Assembly: GCA_964235945.1 (NCBI GenBank)
Contig: CAXSDV010000003.1
Coordinates: forward strand, 32,601-96,600
DNA from: an uncultured Caulobacteraceae bacterium
GTDB lineage: Bacteria > Pseudomonadota > Alphaproteobacteria > Caulobacterales > Caulobacteraceae
DNA length: 64,000 bases
Direction: 5' to 3'
This document shows positions 35,319-44,636 of this stretch, piece after piece; the stretch's first letter is position 1, and each line of letters opens with the position of its first letter. The notes under the pieces are model-generated. The model was not told the DNA's origin. It saw nothing but the letters and a program-made list of their open reading frames with translations, and did not search any database. Made by a program: the position numbers and the translations under genes.

Positions 35319-36427
35319 GACTCGCCTTCTACGGCTCCTCCCTCGTCTCGTCCTACTGGAACGGGGCGGCGACCTATTACCGGGGCGTGCTGTCCGAGCT
35401 GCACCGGCGCGGGTGGGAGATCACCTTCTACGAGCCGGACGCCTACGACCGGCAGAGCCACCGCGACATCGACCCGCCGCCCTACGCCCGCTCCGTGGTC
35501 TATCCCGCCACCGAAGAGGCCGCGCGCGAGGTGCTCGCGCAGGCCCGTGACGCCGACGTGGTGGTGAAGGCGAGCGGGGTGGGGGTGTTCGACGACCTCC
35601 TGCTGGAGGGCGTTCTCGACGTCGCCGCCCCCCACGCGCTCACCGTGTTGTGGGACGTGGACGCCGCCGCCACCCTGGACGAGATGCGCGCGGGCGGCCC
35701 CGACCACCCGGTGCGCCGCCTGCTGCCGCGCTACGACCGGGTGTTCACCTACGGCGGCGGCCGGCCGGTGGTGGACGCCTACACCGGCTTCGGCGCGCGC
35801 GCCTGCACGCCCGTCTACAACGCGCTGGACCCCTCGACCCACCATCCGGTCGCGCCCGAGCCGCGCTTCGACGCGGACTTGTCGTTCCTGGGCAACCGCC
35901 TGCCCGACCGCGAGGCGCGGGTGGAGGAGTTCTTCCTGGGCGCGGCGGCGGCCCTGCCCGACCGGCGCTTCTTGATCGGCGGGAGCGGCTGGGGCGACAA
36001 GGCCATGCCCGCCAACGTGCGCCACATCGGCCACGTCTACACGGCCGAGCACAACGCCTTCAACACGAGCCCGCTCGCGGTGCTGAACATCGCGCGCGAC
36101 TCCATGGCGGCCATCGGCTTCTCCCCCGCCACCCGCGTGTTCGAGGCGGCGGGGGCGGGCGGGTGCCTCATCACCGACTGGTGGGAGGGCATCCCCCTGT
36201 TCCTGGAGCCGGACGTGGAGGTGCTGGTCGCGCGCGACGGGCGGGACGTGGCCGACCACCTCGCCGCCCTCACGCCCGAGCGCGCCCGCGCGGTCGGCGA
36301 GGCCGGCCGCGCCCGCATCCTGGCCGAACACACCTACGAGAAGCGCGGGGCGCAGGTGGACCGCATCCTGCGCGCGGAGTTGGCCGCGGCGCGCGGGCGG
36401 GGCGCGGCGGCGGGCGCAAGCGCGTGA
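35315..36427 (+). CDS. CgeB-type glycosyltransferase family protein, paralog 2
   Basis: Part of ORF 34664..36427, starting at GTG 35315 (GTGA overlap). VRLAFYGSSLVSSYWNGAATYYRGVLSEL.RRG, DLSFLGNRLPDR, ATRVFEAAGAGGCLITD. Confidence 0.7.
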   Translation: MRLAFYGSSLVSSYWNGAATYYRGVLSELHRRGWEITFYEPDAYDRQSHRDIDPPPYARSVVYPATEEAAREVLAQARDADVVVKASGVGVFDDLLLEGVLDVAAPHALTVLWDVDAAATLDEMRAGGPDHPVRRLLPRYDRVFTYGGGRPVVDAYTGFGARACTPVYNALDPSTHHPVAPEPRFDADLSFLGNRLPDREARVEEFFLGAAAALPDRRFLIGGSGWGDKAMPANVRHIGHVYTAEHNAFNTSPLAVLNIARDSMAAIGFSPATRVFEAAGAGGCLITDWWEGIPLFLEPDVEVLVARDGRDVADHLAALTPERARAVGEAGRARILAEHTYEKRGAQVDRILRAELAAARGRGAAAGASA

Positions 36428-37491
36428 AGCTCGTCGTGCTCGGCCTGTCGCTGTCGTCCTCATGGGGCAACGGCCACGCCACCACCTATCGCGCGCTGTT
36501 GAAGGCGTACGCCGCGCGTGGCCACCGGGTGACCTTCCTGGAGCGCGACACGCCCTGGTACCGCGGCGCCCACCGCGACCTGCCCGACCCCGACTTCTGC
36601 GCCTTGCGTTTCTACGACGACCTCGGGGGCCTCGAAGCGCACCGGGCGGAGGTCGAGGCCGCCGACGCGGTGGTGGTCGGCTCCTACGTGCCGGACGGCG
36701 TGGAGGTCGGCCGCTGGGCGCAGGCCGCGGCGCCCGGGCGCTGCGCCTTCTACGACATCGACACCCCCGTCACCCTCGCCAAGCTGGCCCGGGGCGACTT
36801 CGAGTACCTGTCGCCCGAGCTCGTGGCCGGCTACGCCGTCTACCTGTCCTTCACCGGCGGGCCGACGCTCCGCCGGATCGAGCGCGACTACGCCAGCCCC
36901 GCCGCGCGGGCGCTGTACTGCTCGGTGGACGCCGGGCGCTACCGGCCGTTCGCCACCGCCAAGCGATGGGACCTGTCCTACCTCGGCACCTACAGCCCCG
37001 ACCGCCAGCCCGTGCTGGAGCGCCTGCTGCTGGCGCCCGCCCGCGCCCGGCCCGACCTGCGCTTCGTGGTGGCGGGCCCGCAGTACCCGGCCGATCTCGC
37101 CTGGCCTTCCAACGTGGAGCGCTTCGAACACGTGGGCCCGGCCGACCACCCGGAGTTCTACGGGGCCAGCCGCTGGACGCTGAACGTCACCCGCGCCGAC
37201 ATGGTGGCGGCGGGCTGGAGCCCCAGCGTGCGCCTGTTCGAGGCCGCCGCCTGCGCCTGCCCGGTGGTCTCCGACCGGTGGGAGGGGTTGGACGCGCTCT
37301 TCGCCCCCGGCCGCGAGATCGTGCTCGCCGACGGGGCCGAAGACGCGCTCGCCGCCCTGGCCCTGTTCGACGCGGAGCGCGACGCCCTGGCCGCGGCCGC
37401 CCGGGCGCGGGTGCTGGCCGCCCACACCGCCGCCCACCGCGCCGCCGAGCTGGAGCGCCACCTTTCCGCGGCGGTCGCGCCTCAGCCCTGA
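36424..37491 (+). CDS. CgeB-type glycosyltransferase family protein, paralog 3
   Basis: Part of ORF 35650..37491, starting at GTG 36424 (GTGA overlap). VKLVVLGLSLSSSWGNGHATTYRALLKAYAARGH, DLSYLGTYSPDR, SVRLFEAAACACPVVSD. Confidence 0.7.
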   Translation: MKLVVLGLSLSSSWGNGHATTYRALLKAYAARGHRVTFLERDTPWYRGAHRDLPDPDFCALRFYDDLGGLEAHRAEVEAADAVVVGSYVPDGVEVGRWAQAAAPGRCAFYDIDTPVTLAKLARGDFEYLSPELVAGYAVYLSFTGGPTLRRIERDYASPAARALYCSVDAGRYRPFATAKRWDLSYLGTYSPDRQPVLERLLLAPARARPDLRFVVAGPQYPADLAWPSNVERFEHVGPADHPEFYGASRWTLNVTRADMVAAGWSPSVRLFEAAACACPVVSDRWEGLDALFAPGREIVLADGAEDALAALALFDAERDALAAAARARVLAAHTAAHRAAELERHLSAAVAPQP

Positions 37492-38846
37492 TAGGCGGGC
37501 GGCGCGCCCAGCTCGCGGCCCAGCACCCGCGCGAGGCCCAGCGCCGTCTCGTCGTCCCACGCCACCGCCTGGAAGGAGAGGGGCAGGCTCTCGTCGGTCA
37601 ACCCGACCGGGAAAGCGCAGGCGGGCAGCCCCGCCAGGCTCGCCAGGCAGGTCAACTGGGAGGTGGACTCCGGCGGGTCGGCGTCCCGCGCGAAGGCGGG
37701 GCCGGGCGTGGTGGGCAGCAGCACGCCCGCGTAGGGGCTCAGCGCCTCGCGGATCGCTTCGGCCCCCGCCGCCAGGTCGCGGTAGGCGCGGGCCAGGTCG
37801 CGCGCGGGCCGCGTTCCCGCCTCCTCCAGCACCCGCCGGTAGCCGGGGGAGAAGCCCTCCGGGTCGTGCGCCAGCGCTTCCGCGTGCTCCACCGCGCTCT
37901 CGGCGGCGGCCACGAACATGGCCAAGCGCCGCAGGGCGGGCAGGTCGAGGCCGGCGGGGGCGGACACGCGCTCCACCGTCAGCCCGCGGTCCTGCGCGTC
38001 GGCCAGCAGAGCTTCGGCGGCGCGCGCGGTCTCGGGCGAGAGGTCCACGCCCGCCAGGTCCATCAGCGCGAAGGGCGACTCGGTCAGCCGGTCGAAGTCG
38101 GCGGGTTCGGCGATCTCGGCGGCGAGTTCGGCCCCGCCCTCGCACAGGCCGGCGAACAAGCGCGCGGCGTCCACGGCCGAGCGCGCCAGCACGCCCGGCT
38201 GGTCGAAGGTCCAGCTGGTCGCGACCAGGCCGTCGGCGGGGGCGAGGCCCGGCGTCGGCTTGTGGCCGAACACGCCGTTGAAGGCGGCGGGGATGCGCAC
38301 GGAGCCCAGGGTGTCGGAGGCGAGCGCCCCCGCGCACAGCCCCGCCGCCACGGCCGCCCCCGCCCCGCCGGACGAGCCGCCCGGCGTCTGGTCGAAGCTC
38401 CACGGGTTGTGGGTGCGGCCGAAGTGCGGGTTGTCGGCGGTGGGGCCGTAGCCTCCCTCCATCATGGCGGTGAGGCCCAGCAGCACCGCCCCCGCTTGGC
38501 GCAGGCGCGCCACGGCGCCCGCGTCTCCTTGCGCCAAGCGGTCGCGGTGGGCGCCGATCCCCGCGTGCCAGGGCCAGCCGTCCACCGCGATGCTGGCCTT
38601 TACCGAGACGGGGACGCCGTCCAGCCGCGAGAGCGGCGCGCCCGCACGCCACCGTTCGGCGCTGGCGGCGGCCGCGTCGCGCGCGCCGGCCGCGTCCACG
38701 TGGACGTAGGCCCCCAGCGCCCCGTCCAGCCCGGCGATGCGCGACAGGTAGGCCTCGCACGCCTCCACGGGGGTGACGGCGCGCCCGGCGTACAGGTCGT
38801 GCAGGCCGGCGACGCCGGCGGCGATGATCGGATTGGCGAAGGGCAT
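37482..38846 (-). CDS. Amidase (amidase-signature family), cytoplasmic
   Basis: 454 aa. GVPVSVKASI, GGSSGGAGAAVAAG, ASDTLGSVRIPAAFNG. The 3' end overlaps the convergent CgeB-3 gene by 10 nt. Confidence 0.85.
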   Translation of the reverse strand: MPFANPIIAAGVAGLHDLYAGRAVTPVEACEAYLSRIAGLDGALGAYVHVDAAGARDAAAASAERWRAGAPLSRLDGVPVSVKASIAVDGWPWHAGIGAHRDRLAQGDAGAVARLRQAGAVLLGLTAMMEGGYGPTADNPHFGRTHNPWSFDQTPGGSSGGAGAAVAAGLCAGALASDTLGSVRIPAAFNGVFGHKPTPGLAPADGLVATSWTFDQPGVLARSAVDAARLFAGLCEGGAELAAEIAEPADFDRLTESPFALMDLAGVDLSPETARAAEALLADAQDRGLTVERVSAPAGLDLPALRRLAMFVAAAESAVEHAEALAHDPEGFSPGYRRVLEEAGTRPARDLARAYRDLAAGAEAIREALSPYAGVLLPTTPGPAFARDADPPESTSQLTCLASLAGLPACAFPVGLTDESLPLSFQAVAWDDETALGLARVLGRELGAPPAYQG

Positions 38847-38907
38847 GACGCCTATCCTGCCTCCGACCTTGCGCGCCGTCGACGCCTTGACCTCGCGCGG
38901 ACGCGCC

Positions 38908-39378
38908 CTAGGGCGCGGTGGAGCGGACGGCGAACTTCGTGCGCACGCGGCCGGCGTGGGCGAAGTTCAGCGTCACGGGCACGGTGTCGCCGGGCTTGAG
39001 CGCGTGCCTGAGCCCCATGAGCATGAGGTGGCGCCCGCCCGGGGCCAGCCGCGCCTCGCCGCCCGCAGGCACGTCCAGGCCGGCCACGGGCGCCATGTGG
39101 GACATGGGTCCCATGGGCCCGCCCACCGTCATGCTCTCGTGCAGCTCCACCCGGGCGGCGGCCGGGCTCTGCGCGGAGATCAGCCGGTCGGGGGTGCGGC
39201 CGGTGTTGACCAGGCGCGCATAGCCCACGCCGTTGGGCAGGCCGGCGGGGACCGGCCGGCTCCAGGCCCCCTCCACCCGCACCCCCGCGGGCGCGGCGAG
39301 GGCGGGCGCGGCGACGGCCCCCGCGAGAGCGGCCCCGAGGACCATGGCGAGCGGGAGGGCGCGGCGAAGACGGGTCAT
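38908..39378 (-). CDS. Copper chaperone PCu(A)C (DUF461)
   Basis: Last 156 codons of ORF 38908..40167, starting at ATG 39378. Signal peptide, then GAWSRP...GVGYARLVNTG..DRLI, H.S...GGPMGPMSHM (Met/His Cu site), PGGRHLMLMGL. Confidence 0.85.
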   Translation of the reverse strand: MTRLRRALPLAMVLGAALAGAVAAPALAAPAGVRVEGAWSRPVPAGLPNGVGYARLVNTGRTPDRLISAQSPAAARVELHESMTVGGPMGPMSHMAPVAGLDVPAGGEARLAPGGRHLMLMGLRHALKPGDTVPVTLNFAHAGRVRTKFAVRSTAP

Positions 39379-39493
39379 GCCCGGCAGCGTTAAGGCCGCG
39401 ACCCCCGCGTGTCGATTGCGCGCGGCGCCCGCGCCCTTCCGGCGGCGGGCGGGCGCGGCTATGGCTGCGCTCGAACGGCGGGGAGTTCTGAAG

Positions 39494-40330
39494 ATGACGT
39501 GGCTGCAGGCCCTGGTGCTGGCCGTCGTGCAGGGGATCACCGAGCTCTTCCCCGTGTCCAGCCTCGGCCACGCGGTGGTGCTGCCCGCGCTCCTGGGCTG
39601 GAGGAACGTCGACCAGTCCAGCGACACCTTCCTGCCCTTCCTGGTGGTCATGCACCTGGGCACGGCGGTGGCGCTGTTCGCCTTCTTCTGGAGCGACTGG
39701 CGCGCCTTCGGCGAGGCGGTGGTGCTCAACCGCGGCCCGCGCGCGGCGGCGGAGCGGCGGCTGTTCTGGCGCATCGTGGTGGCGACGATCCCCGCGGTGA
39801 TCGTGGGCGCGGGGCTGCACAAGCTCCTGCGCGAGGCCTTCGCCAGCCCGATGATCGCCGCCGGCTTCCTGATCGTGAACGGCTTCATCCTGTTCGCGGT
39901 GGAGCGGTTGAAGAAGCCCGCCAGGAAGTCCGTCGACGCCCTGAGCTGGGCGGACGCGCTGATCGTGGGCGTGTGGCAGTGCCTGGCGCTGATCCCCGGC
40001 GTGTCGCGCTCGGGCTCCACCATCGTGGGCGGGCTGGTGCAGGGGCTGGACCACGAGGAGGCCGCGCGCTTCTCCTTCCTGATGGCGGTGCCGGTGATCC
40101 TGGGGGCCACCGTGTTCGAGGTCCCCAAGCTGCTCCACGCCCACCCGGGCGCGAACGTGCTGGCCATGGCCGCCGTGTCGGGGGTGGTCTCGGGCGTCGT
40201 CGCCTACGCCAGCCTGTGGACGCTGATGCGCTGGTTCAAGCGCCACGAGTTCAAGGCGCTGGACCCCTTCGCGATCTACTGCTGGATCGCGGGGGCGGGC
40301 GGCCTCGCCGTGCTGGCGCTGCACCGCTGA
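39494..40330 (+). CDS. uppP: Undecaprenyl-diphosphate phosphatase
   Basis: Part of ORF 39233..40330, starting at ATG 39494 (SD GGGGAG). LVLAVVQGITELFPVSSLGH, PGVSRSGSTI, FSFLMAVPVILGA are BacA/UppP motifs. Confidence 0.92.
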   Translation: MTWLQALVLAVVQGITELFPVSSLGHAVVLPALLGWRNVDQSSDTFLPFLVVMHLGTAVALFAFFWSDWRAFGEAVVLNRGPRAAAERRLFWRIVVATIPAVIVGAGLHKLLREAFASPMIAAGFLIVNGFILFAVERLKKPARKSVDALSWADALIVGVWQCLALIPGVSRSGSTIVGGLVQGLDHEEAARFSFLMAVPVILGATVFEVPKLLHAHPGANVLAMAAVSGVVSGVVAYASLWTLMRWFKRHEFKALDPFAIYCWIAGAGGLAVLALHR

Positions 40331-40341
40331 GGAGCCCCGCC

Positions 40342-40953
40342 ATGCGCCCGTCCATCCTGTCCGCCGTGGCCCTGGCCGTCGTCCCCGCCGCGGCGTGGGC
40401 GGCGACCCCGGCCGTGCAGCCGCTCGCCTTCGCCCGGCCGGAGACGGCCGCTCCCTCCACCTTGCACGTGGTCGTGCCCGAGGTCGACGCGGACGGGACG
40501 CTGCCGCTTCCCTACAGCGGCTACGGCAAGAACATCGCCCCCGCCGTGCGCTGGAGCGGCGGTCCCGCCGGCGTGCGCGCCTGGGCGCTGATGGTGGAGG
40601 ACCCGGACGGCGGCCCGCCCACCCCGGTGATCCACTGGCTCGCCTGGAACATCCCCGCCGGGCTCGACGGCCTGTCGCGGGGCACGCACAACGAGGCGGA
40701 GCCCAAGCGCACCGCCGGCTTGCGCCAGGGGATCAACAGCCACGGGGGCCTGGGCTGGACGGGGCCGCACCCGCCGGTGGGCGACCCCGCGCACCACTAC
40801 CACGTGGAGGTGTTCGCCCTGGACCGGCCGCTCGGGCTCAAGGGCGGGGCCGACCGCGAGGCGCTGATCCGCGCGCTCAAGGGGCGGGTGCTGGCGCGCG
40901 GCGAGACGGTGGCCCTCTACGCCCAGGCGCCCGACAAGGCGCGCGGCCGCTGA
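40342..40953 (+). CDS. YbhB/YbcL family Raf-kinase-inhibitor-like (PEBP) protein, secreted
   Basis: Part of ORF 39409..40953, starting at ATG 40342 (SD GGAG). Signal peptide, then MVEDPD, IHWLAWNIP, GPHPPVGD.AHHYHVEVFALD. Confidence 0.85.
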   Translation: MRPSILSAVALAVVPAAAWAATPAVQPLAFARPETAAPSTLHVVVPEVDADGTLPLPYSGYGKNIAPAVRWSGGPAGVRAWALMVEDPDGGPPTPVIHWLAWNIPAGLDGLSRGTHNEAEPKRTAGLRQGINSHGGLGWTGPHPPVGDPAHHYHVEVFALDRPLGLKGGADREALIRALKGRVLARGETVALYAQAPDKARGR

Positions 40954-40960
40954 GCGTCGT

Positions 40961-41941
40961 TCAGAGCGGGCGCAGGGTGCGGCGCAGGGTGGGCGCGTCC
41001 ACCGCCCCCCAGCCGTACTTGTAGGGCTCGCGCCCGCGAAGCCACCGCGCCTCGCCGCAGCCCTCGCGCGCCGCGCCCTCCAGCGTTTCGGCGATCAGCA
41101 GCGTGCCGGGGCCCAGGGCGACGTGGGCCGGGTCGAAGCCGGTCAGGTACATGTGGACGGCCGCCGCGTCCTGCAGCGCCAGCAGCACGGCGGCGGGCGC
41201 CCCGTCGGCCAGGCGCAGGGTGCGCAGGCGCAGGCTCCCCTCCGCCCGCCAGCCGGGGGCGGCGTCGCGCAGGAAGCCCTGCATGAGCGCATCCCCGAGC
41301 ACGCCCGGTTCGCCCTCGAGCGCCCAGCGGCGCGCGTGCAGGTCGAACAGGGCGTCCAGCGCCGCGCCCACGCCCGCCGCGTCCGCGACCTCCACCGTCC
41401 AGCCGCCCGCGCGCTCGGCCTTGCGCCGGGTGTAGTCGAGCTTCTTGCGCGGCTTGGCGAGCATGGCGCCCAGGCCGTCCGTTCCCGTCAGCGGCGAGAC
41501 GGGGCAGGTCTCGTCCTCCCCTGGCTCATCCGACCAGCCGCGCGGGGCGGGGGCGGCGAGGAGCGCGCTCACCGGGCGGAGCTGGCGCAGCTCCACCCGG
41601 TCGGCCCCGCGGCGGCGGGCCTCGGCGCACCCGGCCGCGAGGGCGAGGGCGGCGGCTTCCGGCGCGTCCGGGGCGAAGGCGCCGTCGTTGAAGTCGGTCG
41701 GGCCCGTGCCGGCGAGCAGCGCCGCCCCCTCCCAGGTGAACAGGGGCAGGAGGCCGGTGAGGCGCCCCCCCTCGCGCACGGCGGCGGCGAACACGCGGTC
41801 GGCCGCGTGGGTCCGCGCCCAGGCCAGACCGCAAGCGGGGGACTGGAAGGGCGTGGCGCGAGGGTCCGCACGGTGCAGCGCCTCCCACTCGGGCGCCAGC
41901 GCCTCCAGGCCGGCGAGATCGGGGACGACGGCGGTGTCCAC
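40961..41941 (-). CDS. GNAT acyl/acetyltransferase, CelD/BioF2-like (FemAB-type fold)
   Basis: 326 aa. APEWEALHR....TPFQSP.., KKLDYTRRKAER, LHARRW, and a C-terminal WLRGREPYKYGWGA. Confidence 0.75.
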   Translation of the reverse strand: MDTAVVPDLAGLEALAPEWEALHRADPRATPFQSPACGLAWARTHAADRVFAAAVREGGRLTGLLPLFTWEGAALLAGTGPTDFNDGAFAPDAPEAAALALAAGCAEARRRGADRVELRQLRPVSALLAAPAPRGWSDEPGEDETCPVSPLTGTDGLGAMLAKPRKKLDYTRRKAERAGGWTVEVADAAGVGAALDALFDLHARRWALEGEPGVLGDALMQGFLRDAAPGWRAEGSLRLRTLRLADGAPAAVLLALQDAAAVHMYLTGFDPAHVALGPGTLLIAETLEGAAREGCGEARWLRGREPYKYGWGAVDAPTLRRTLRPL

Positions 41942-41946
41942 GCCGG

Positions 41947-43014
41947 TCAGGCCGCGGGCCGGCGCAGGTCGGCTCCGTCCGCGGCCAAGCGGCGATACAG
42001 GTGGAGATAGCCGTCGGTCATGGCGCGCAGGGGAAAGCGGGAGCGGGCGCGGGCGCGGATCGTCGCGCGGTCGAAGCCGTCCAGGTCGGCGAGGGCCTGC
42101 GCCATGCCCGACGCGTCGTCCACCAGCCGACCGGTGACGCCCTCCTCCACCGCGTCCACCAGCGCGCCGCTGCGGAAGGCCACCACCGGCGCGCCCGCCG
42201 CCGCCGCCTCGCGCGCGACCAGGCTGGAGGTCTCGGGCGCGGTGGAGGCGATCAGCACGCCGCGGGTGGCGGCCAGCAGGCGCCGCTTGCGCGCCCCCGC
42301 CACCGGCCCGATCCAGCGCCGCCGCGCGTCCAGCCGGGGGGCGACCTCCTCCTCGAAATAGCGGCGGTGGGCGGCGTAGGGAAACACCTCGCCCGCCACC
42401 AGCAGGTCGCGGCCGGCCAGTCGGGCGGCGTCCAGCGCCAGGTGCACGCCCTTCTCCGGGCAGATGCGGCCCAGCATCAGGTGGAACCGCCGCGGCGTCA
42501 GGCGCAGTGCGAAGCCGTCCACGTCCACGCCGTTCTCGACTGGGGCGGCCAGCGCCACGCCCGCCGGCGCGCCCGCCGCCTGCCGGGCGGAGACGGGGAC
42601 CAGCGCCACCGCGCCCCGCGCCGGGCGCAGCGCGTCGGGCGCGTACCAGCCCAGCGGCAGGTGGAGGGACACGACCGCGGGCGGCACCGCCGCAGGTCCC
42701 GTCGTCGGCAGGTAGCTGTCGAAGTCGATCCCGTGGAGGTGGATCACGTCCGCCCGCGGCGCGACCTCCGCCAGGCGCGCGCGCACGGCGGCGTGGACGC
42801 GGGCGCGGGCGTCCGCGGTGATCTCCCCCGCCGCCGCGGGGACGGGCAGGAGCTCGCCCGCGGGCGTCGACCCCTCCGCCGCGATCACCAGTGAGCGTCC
42901 GCCCGCGGCGACCACCGCGCGATCGCAGGCGGAGAGCACCTGCTCGGCCCCGCCCACGGGGTCGGGCCCCACCGGCGCGAACGGATAGGCGACCTGGACG
43001 ACCACGAGGCTCAC
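41947..43014 (-). CDS. Glycosyltransferase family 4
   Basis: 355 aa, GTG start overlapping the PIG-L stop (GTGA). FPYAAHRRYFEEEV motif region, GRICPEKG, and the EX7E-type block STAPETSSLVAREAAAAGAPVV. Confidence 0.8.
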   Translation of the reverse strand: MSLVVVQVAYPFAPVGPDPVGGAEQVLSACDRAVVAAGGRSLVIAAEGSTPAGELLPVPAAAGEITADARARVHAAVRARLAEVAPRADVIHLHGIDFDSYLPTTGPAAVPPAVVSLHLPLGWYAPDALRPARGAVALVPVSARQAAGAPAGVALAAPVENGVDVDGFALRLTPRRFHLMLGRICPEKGVHLALDAARLAGRDLLVAGEVFPYAAHRRYFEEEVAPRLDARRRWIGPVAGARKRRLLAATRGVLIASTAPETSSLVAREAAAAGAPVVAFRSGALVDAVEEGVTGRLVDDASGMAQALADLDGFDRATIRARARSRFPLRAMTDGYLHLYRRLAADGADLRRPAA

Positions 43015-43847
43015 GCCGCCCGCACCCCGTCCCCCGGCGCGGCGTCGCCCAGCACCGCGTCCGCGTGGCCGCGCCAGACCGCCGAGGTCAGCGCCCAGCC
43101 GTAGCGGTCGTACAGCGCCTCGCCCGGCGGGCAGGGGGCGGACCAGTCATAGTCGGGGGCGCGGCGCAGGCGCTCGACGCGCACGGGGAAGTTGGCCAGC
43201 ACCCCCGCCTGGCTCGCGAAGGCGGCGTAGGCGGCGCGCTTGGCGGCGGCTTGAGTCCGGTTCAGGCGCACCACCGTCTCCGGCCGGTGCGGGTCGGTGT
43301 GGAAGCGGTTGGGTCGTAGCCGCCCGAGGCGCCCGTGGTAGCCCGCGAACTCCAGCCGAACGGGAGCGTCCGCGCCCAGGCGGCGGCAGGCGAGGTGGAC
43401 GGCCAGGGCGGCGGCGTCGTGGTCCGGGTGGCCCCCCTCGTAGGCGTGGACCAGCACCGCCGCCTGCCCGGCGAGGTCGGCGGCCAGCCGGTCCACCAGC
43501 TCGGGCAGGCGTGCGCTCAGCCCCTGGTCGCGCAGGCCGTAGGCGATCCGCCGCACCGGGCGCGCGCCCAGCGCTTCGAGGGCGGCGTCCAGCTCCGCCC
43601 GGCGGGCGGCGGCGTAGGCGTCGGCGGTGGCGAAGCCCGCGCGCCGGGCGTCGCCCATGTCCTCGGGCGCGCCGTCCGTCAGGTGGATCAGGGTCAGCCG
43701 GGACAGGGCGGGGAGGCGAGAGCCCGCGCCCAGGGTCTCGTCGTCCGGGTGCGCCGCCACCAGCGCCACGGGGGCGTCCACCGCCGCGCCCGTCGCCAGG
43801 GCGCGCAGCAGGGCCTCGGCGTCGGCGTCGGCGGCGGCGTCCGTCAC
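43011..43847 (-). CDS. PIG-L / LmbE family N-acetylglucosaminyl deacetylase
   Basis: 278 aa, GTG start overlapping the methyltransferase stop. VAAHPDDETLG, ...HAYEGGHPDHDA are the PIG-L zinc-site motifs. Confidence 0.85.
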   Translation of the reverse strand: MTDAAADADAEALLRALATGAAVDAPVALVAAHPDDETLGAGSRLPALSRLTLIHLTDGAPEDMGDARRAGFATADAYAAARRAELDAALEALGARPVRRIAYGLRDQGLSARLPELVDRLAADLAGQAAVLVHAYEGGHPDHDAAALAVHLACRRLGADAPVRLEFAGYHGRLGRLRPNRFHTDPHRPETVVRLNRTQAAAKRAAYAAFASQAGVLANFPVRVERLRRAPDYDWSAPCPPGEALYDRYGWALTSAVWRGHADAVLGDAAPGDGVRAA

Positions 43848-44626
43848 GGCCGACGGGCGGGGTGGACGGCGCCCACGGGGCGGGGCGGGTCCGTCACCTG
43901 GCAGACGAACACCTCGGGCTCGGGATGGGCGGTGATGCGGAAGCCCGCGCTGCGGAGCATGGCGGCGGAGGCGGCCATGTTGGGGGCGAACCAGTTGGTC
44001 CAGTCGTGGCTGTAGCTGTGCTCGATGAAGTGCAGCTTGGGCCAGCCCGGCTGGTCGAACATCGCCGTCTCGGTGATGTCGTAGTCGGGCTCGGGCGTCA
44101 TCTCCTCCTGCGAGCCGCGCTGCAGCGACTGGTAGAGCAACAGGTCGCCCGCCACGTGCTCGCGGATCAGGTCCAGCGCCAGCAGCGGGTGGCGCAGGTG
44201 GTACAGCACGCCCATGAAGATCACGAGGTCGAACCGCTCCCCCAGCGCGCCCACGTCGTAGACGTCGAGCGCCCGGAACTCGACGTCCAGCCCCAGCACC
44301 TCCGCGGCGAAGCGCGCCTGGGCGAGATAGTCCTCGTCATGGTCGGTGGCGAGCACGCGCGAAGCCCCGCGACGCTTCATCTCCAGGGCGTAGAAGCCGC
44401 CGTTGGTGCCGAGGTCGAGCACGCTCTTGCCCGTCATGTCCGCGGGCAGGGCGTGGGCGAAGCCCTGGAACTTGACGTTGGGATAGTCGCCCAGGAAGTG
44501 GTCGGGGGCGGTGCGCACGCCCGCGAGGTCCATGTTGTGGAACCAGGGACCGAGCGCCTTCACCCGCGCCTCGATCTCCTCGCGCGGAAGGGTCGTGGCC
44601 GGCAGGGGGCGGGCGTCGTCGGGCAT
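43844..44626 (-). CDS. Class I SAM-dependent methyltransferase, CmoB-like (TIGR04290-type as I recall)
   Basis: 260 aa. LGPWFHNMDL..V....HFLGDYP..KF, SVLDLGTNGGFYALEM (SAM motif I), FDLVIFMGVLYHLRHP. Confidence 0.75.
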   Translation of the reverse strand: MPDDARPLPATTLPREEIEARVKALGPWFHNMDLAGVRTAPDHFLGDYPNVKFQGFAHALPADMTGKSVLDLGTNGGFYALEMKRRGASRVLATDHDEDYLAQARFAAEVLGLDVEFRALDVYDVGALGERFDLVIFMGVLYHLRHPLLALDLIREHVAGDLLLYQSLQRGSQEEMTPEPDYDITETAMFDQPGWPKLHFIEHSYSHDWTNWFAPNMAASAAMLRSAGFRITAHPEPEVFVCQVTDPPRPVGAVHPARRP

Positions 44627-44636
44627 GCGGCGGGTC

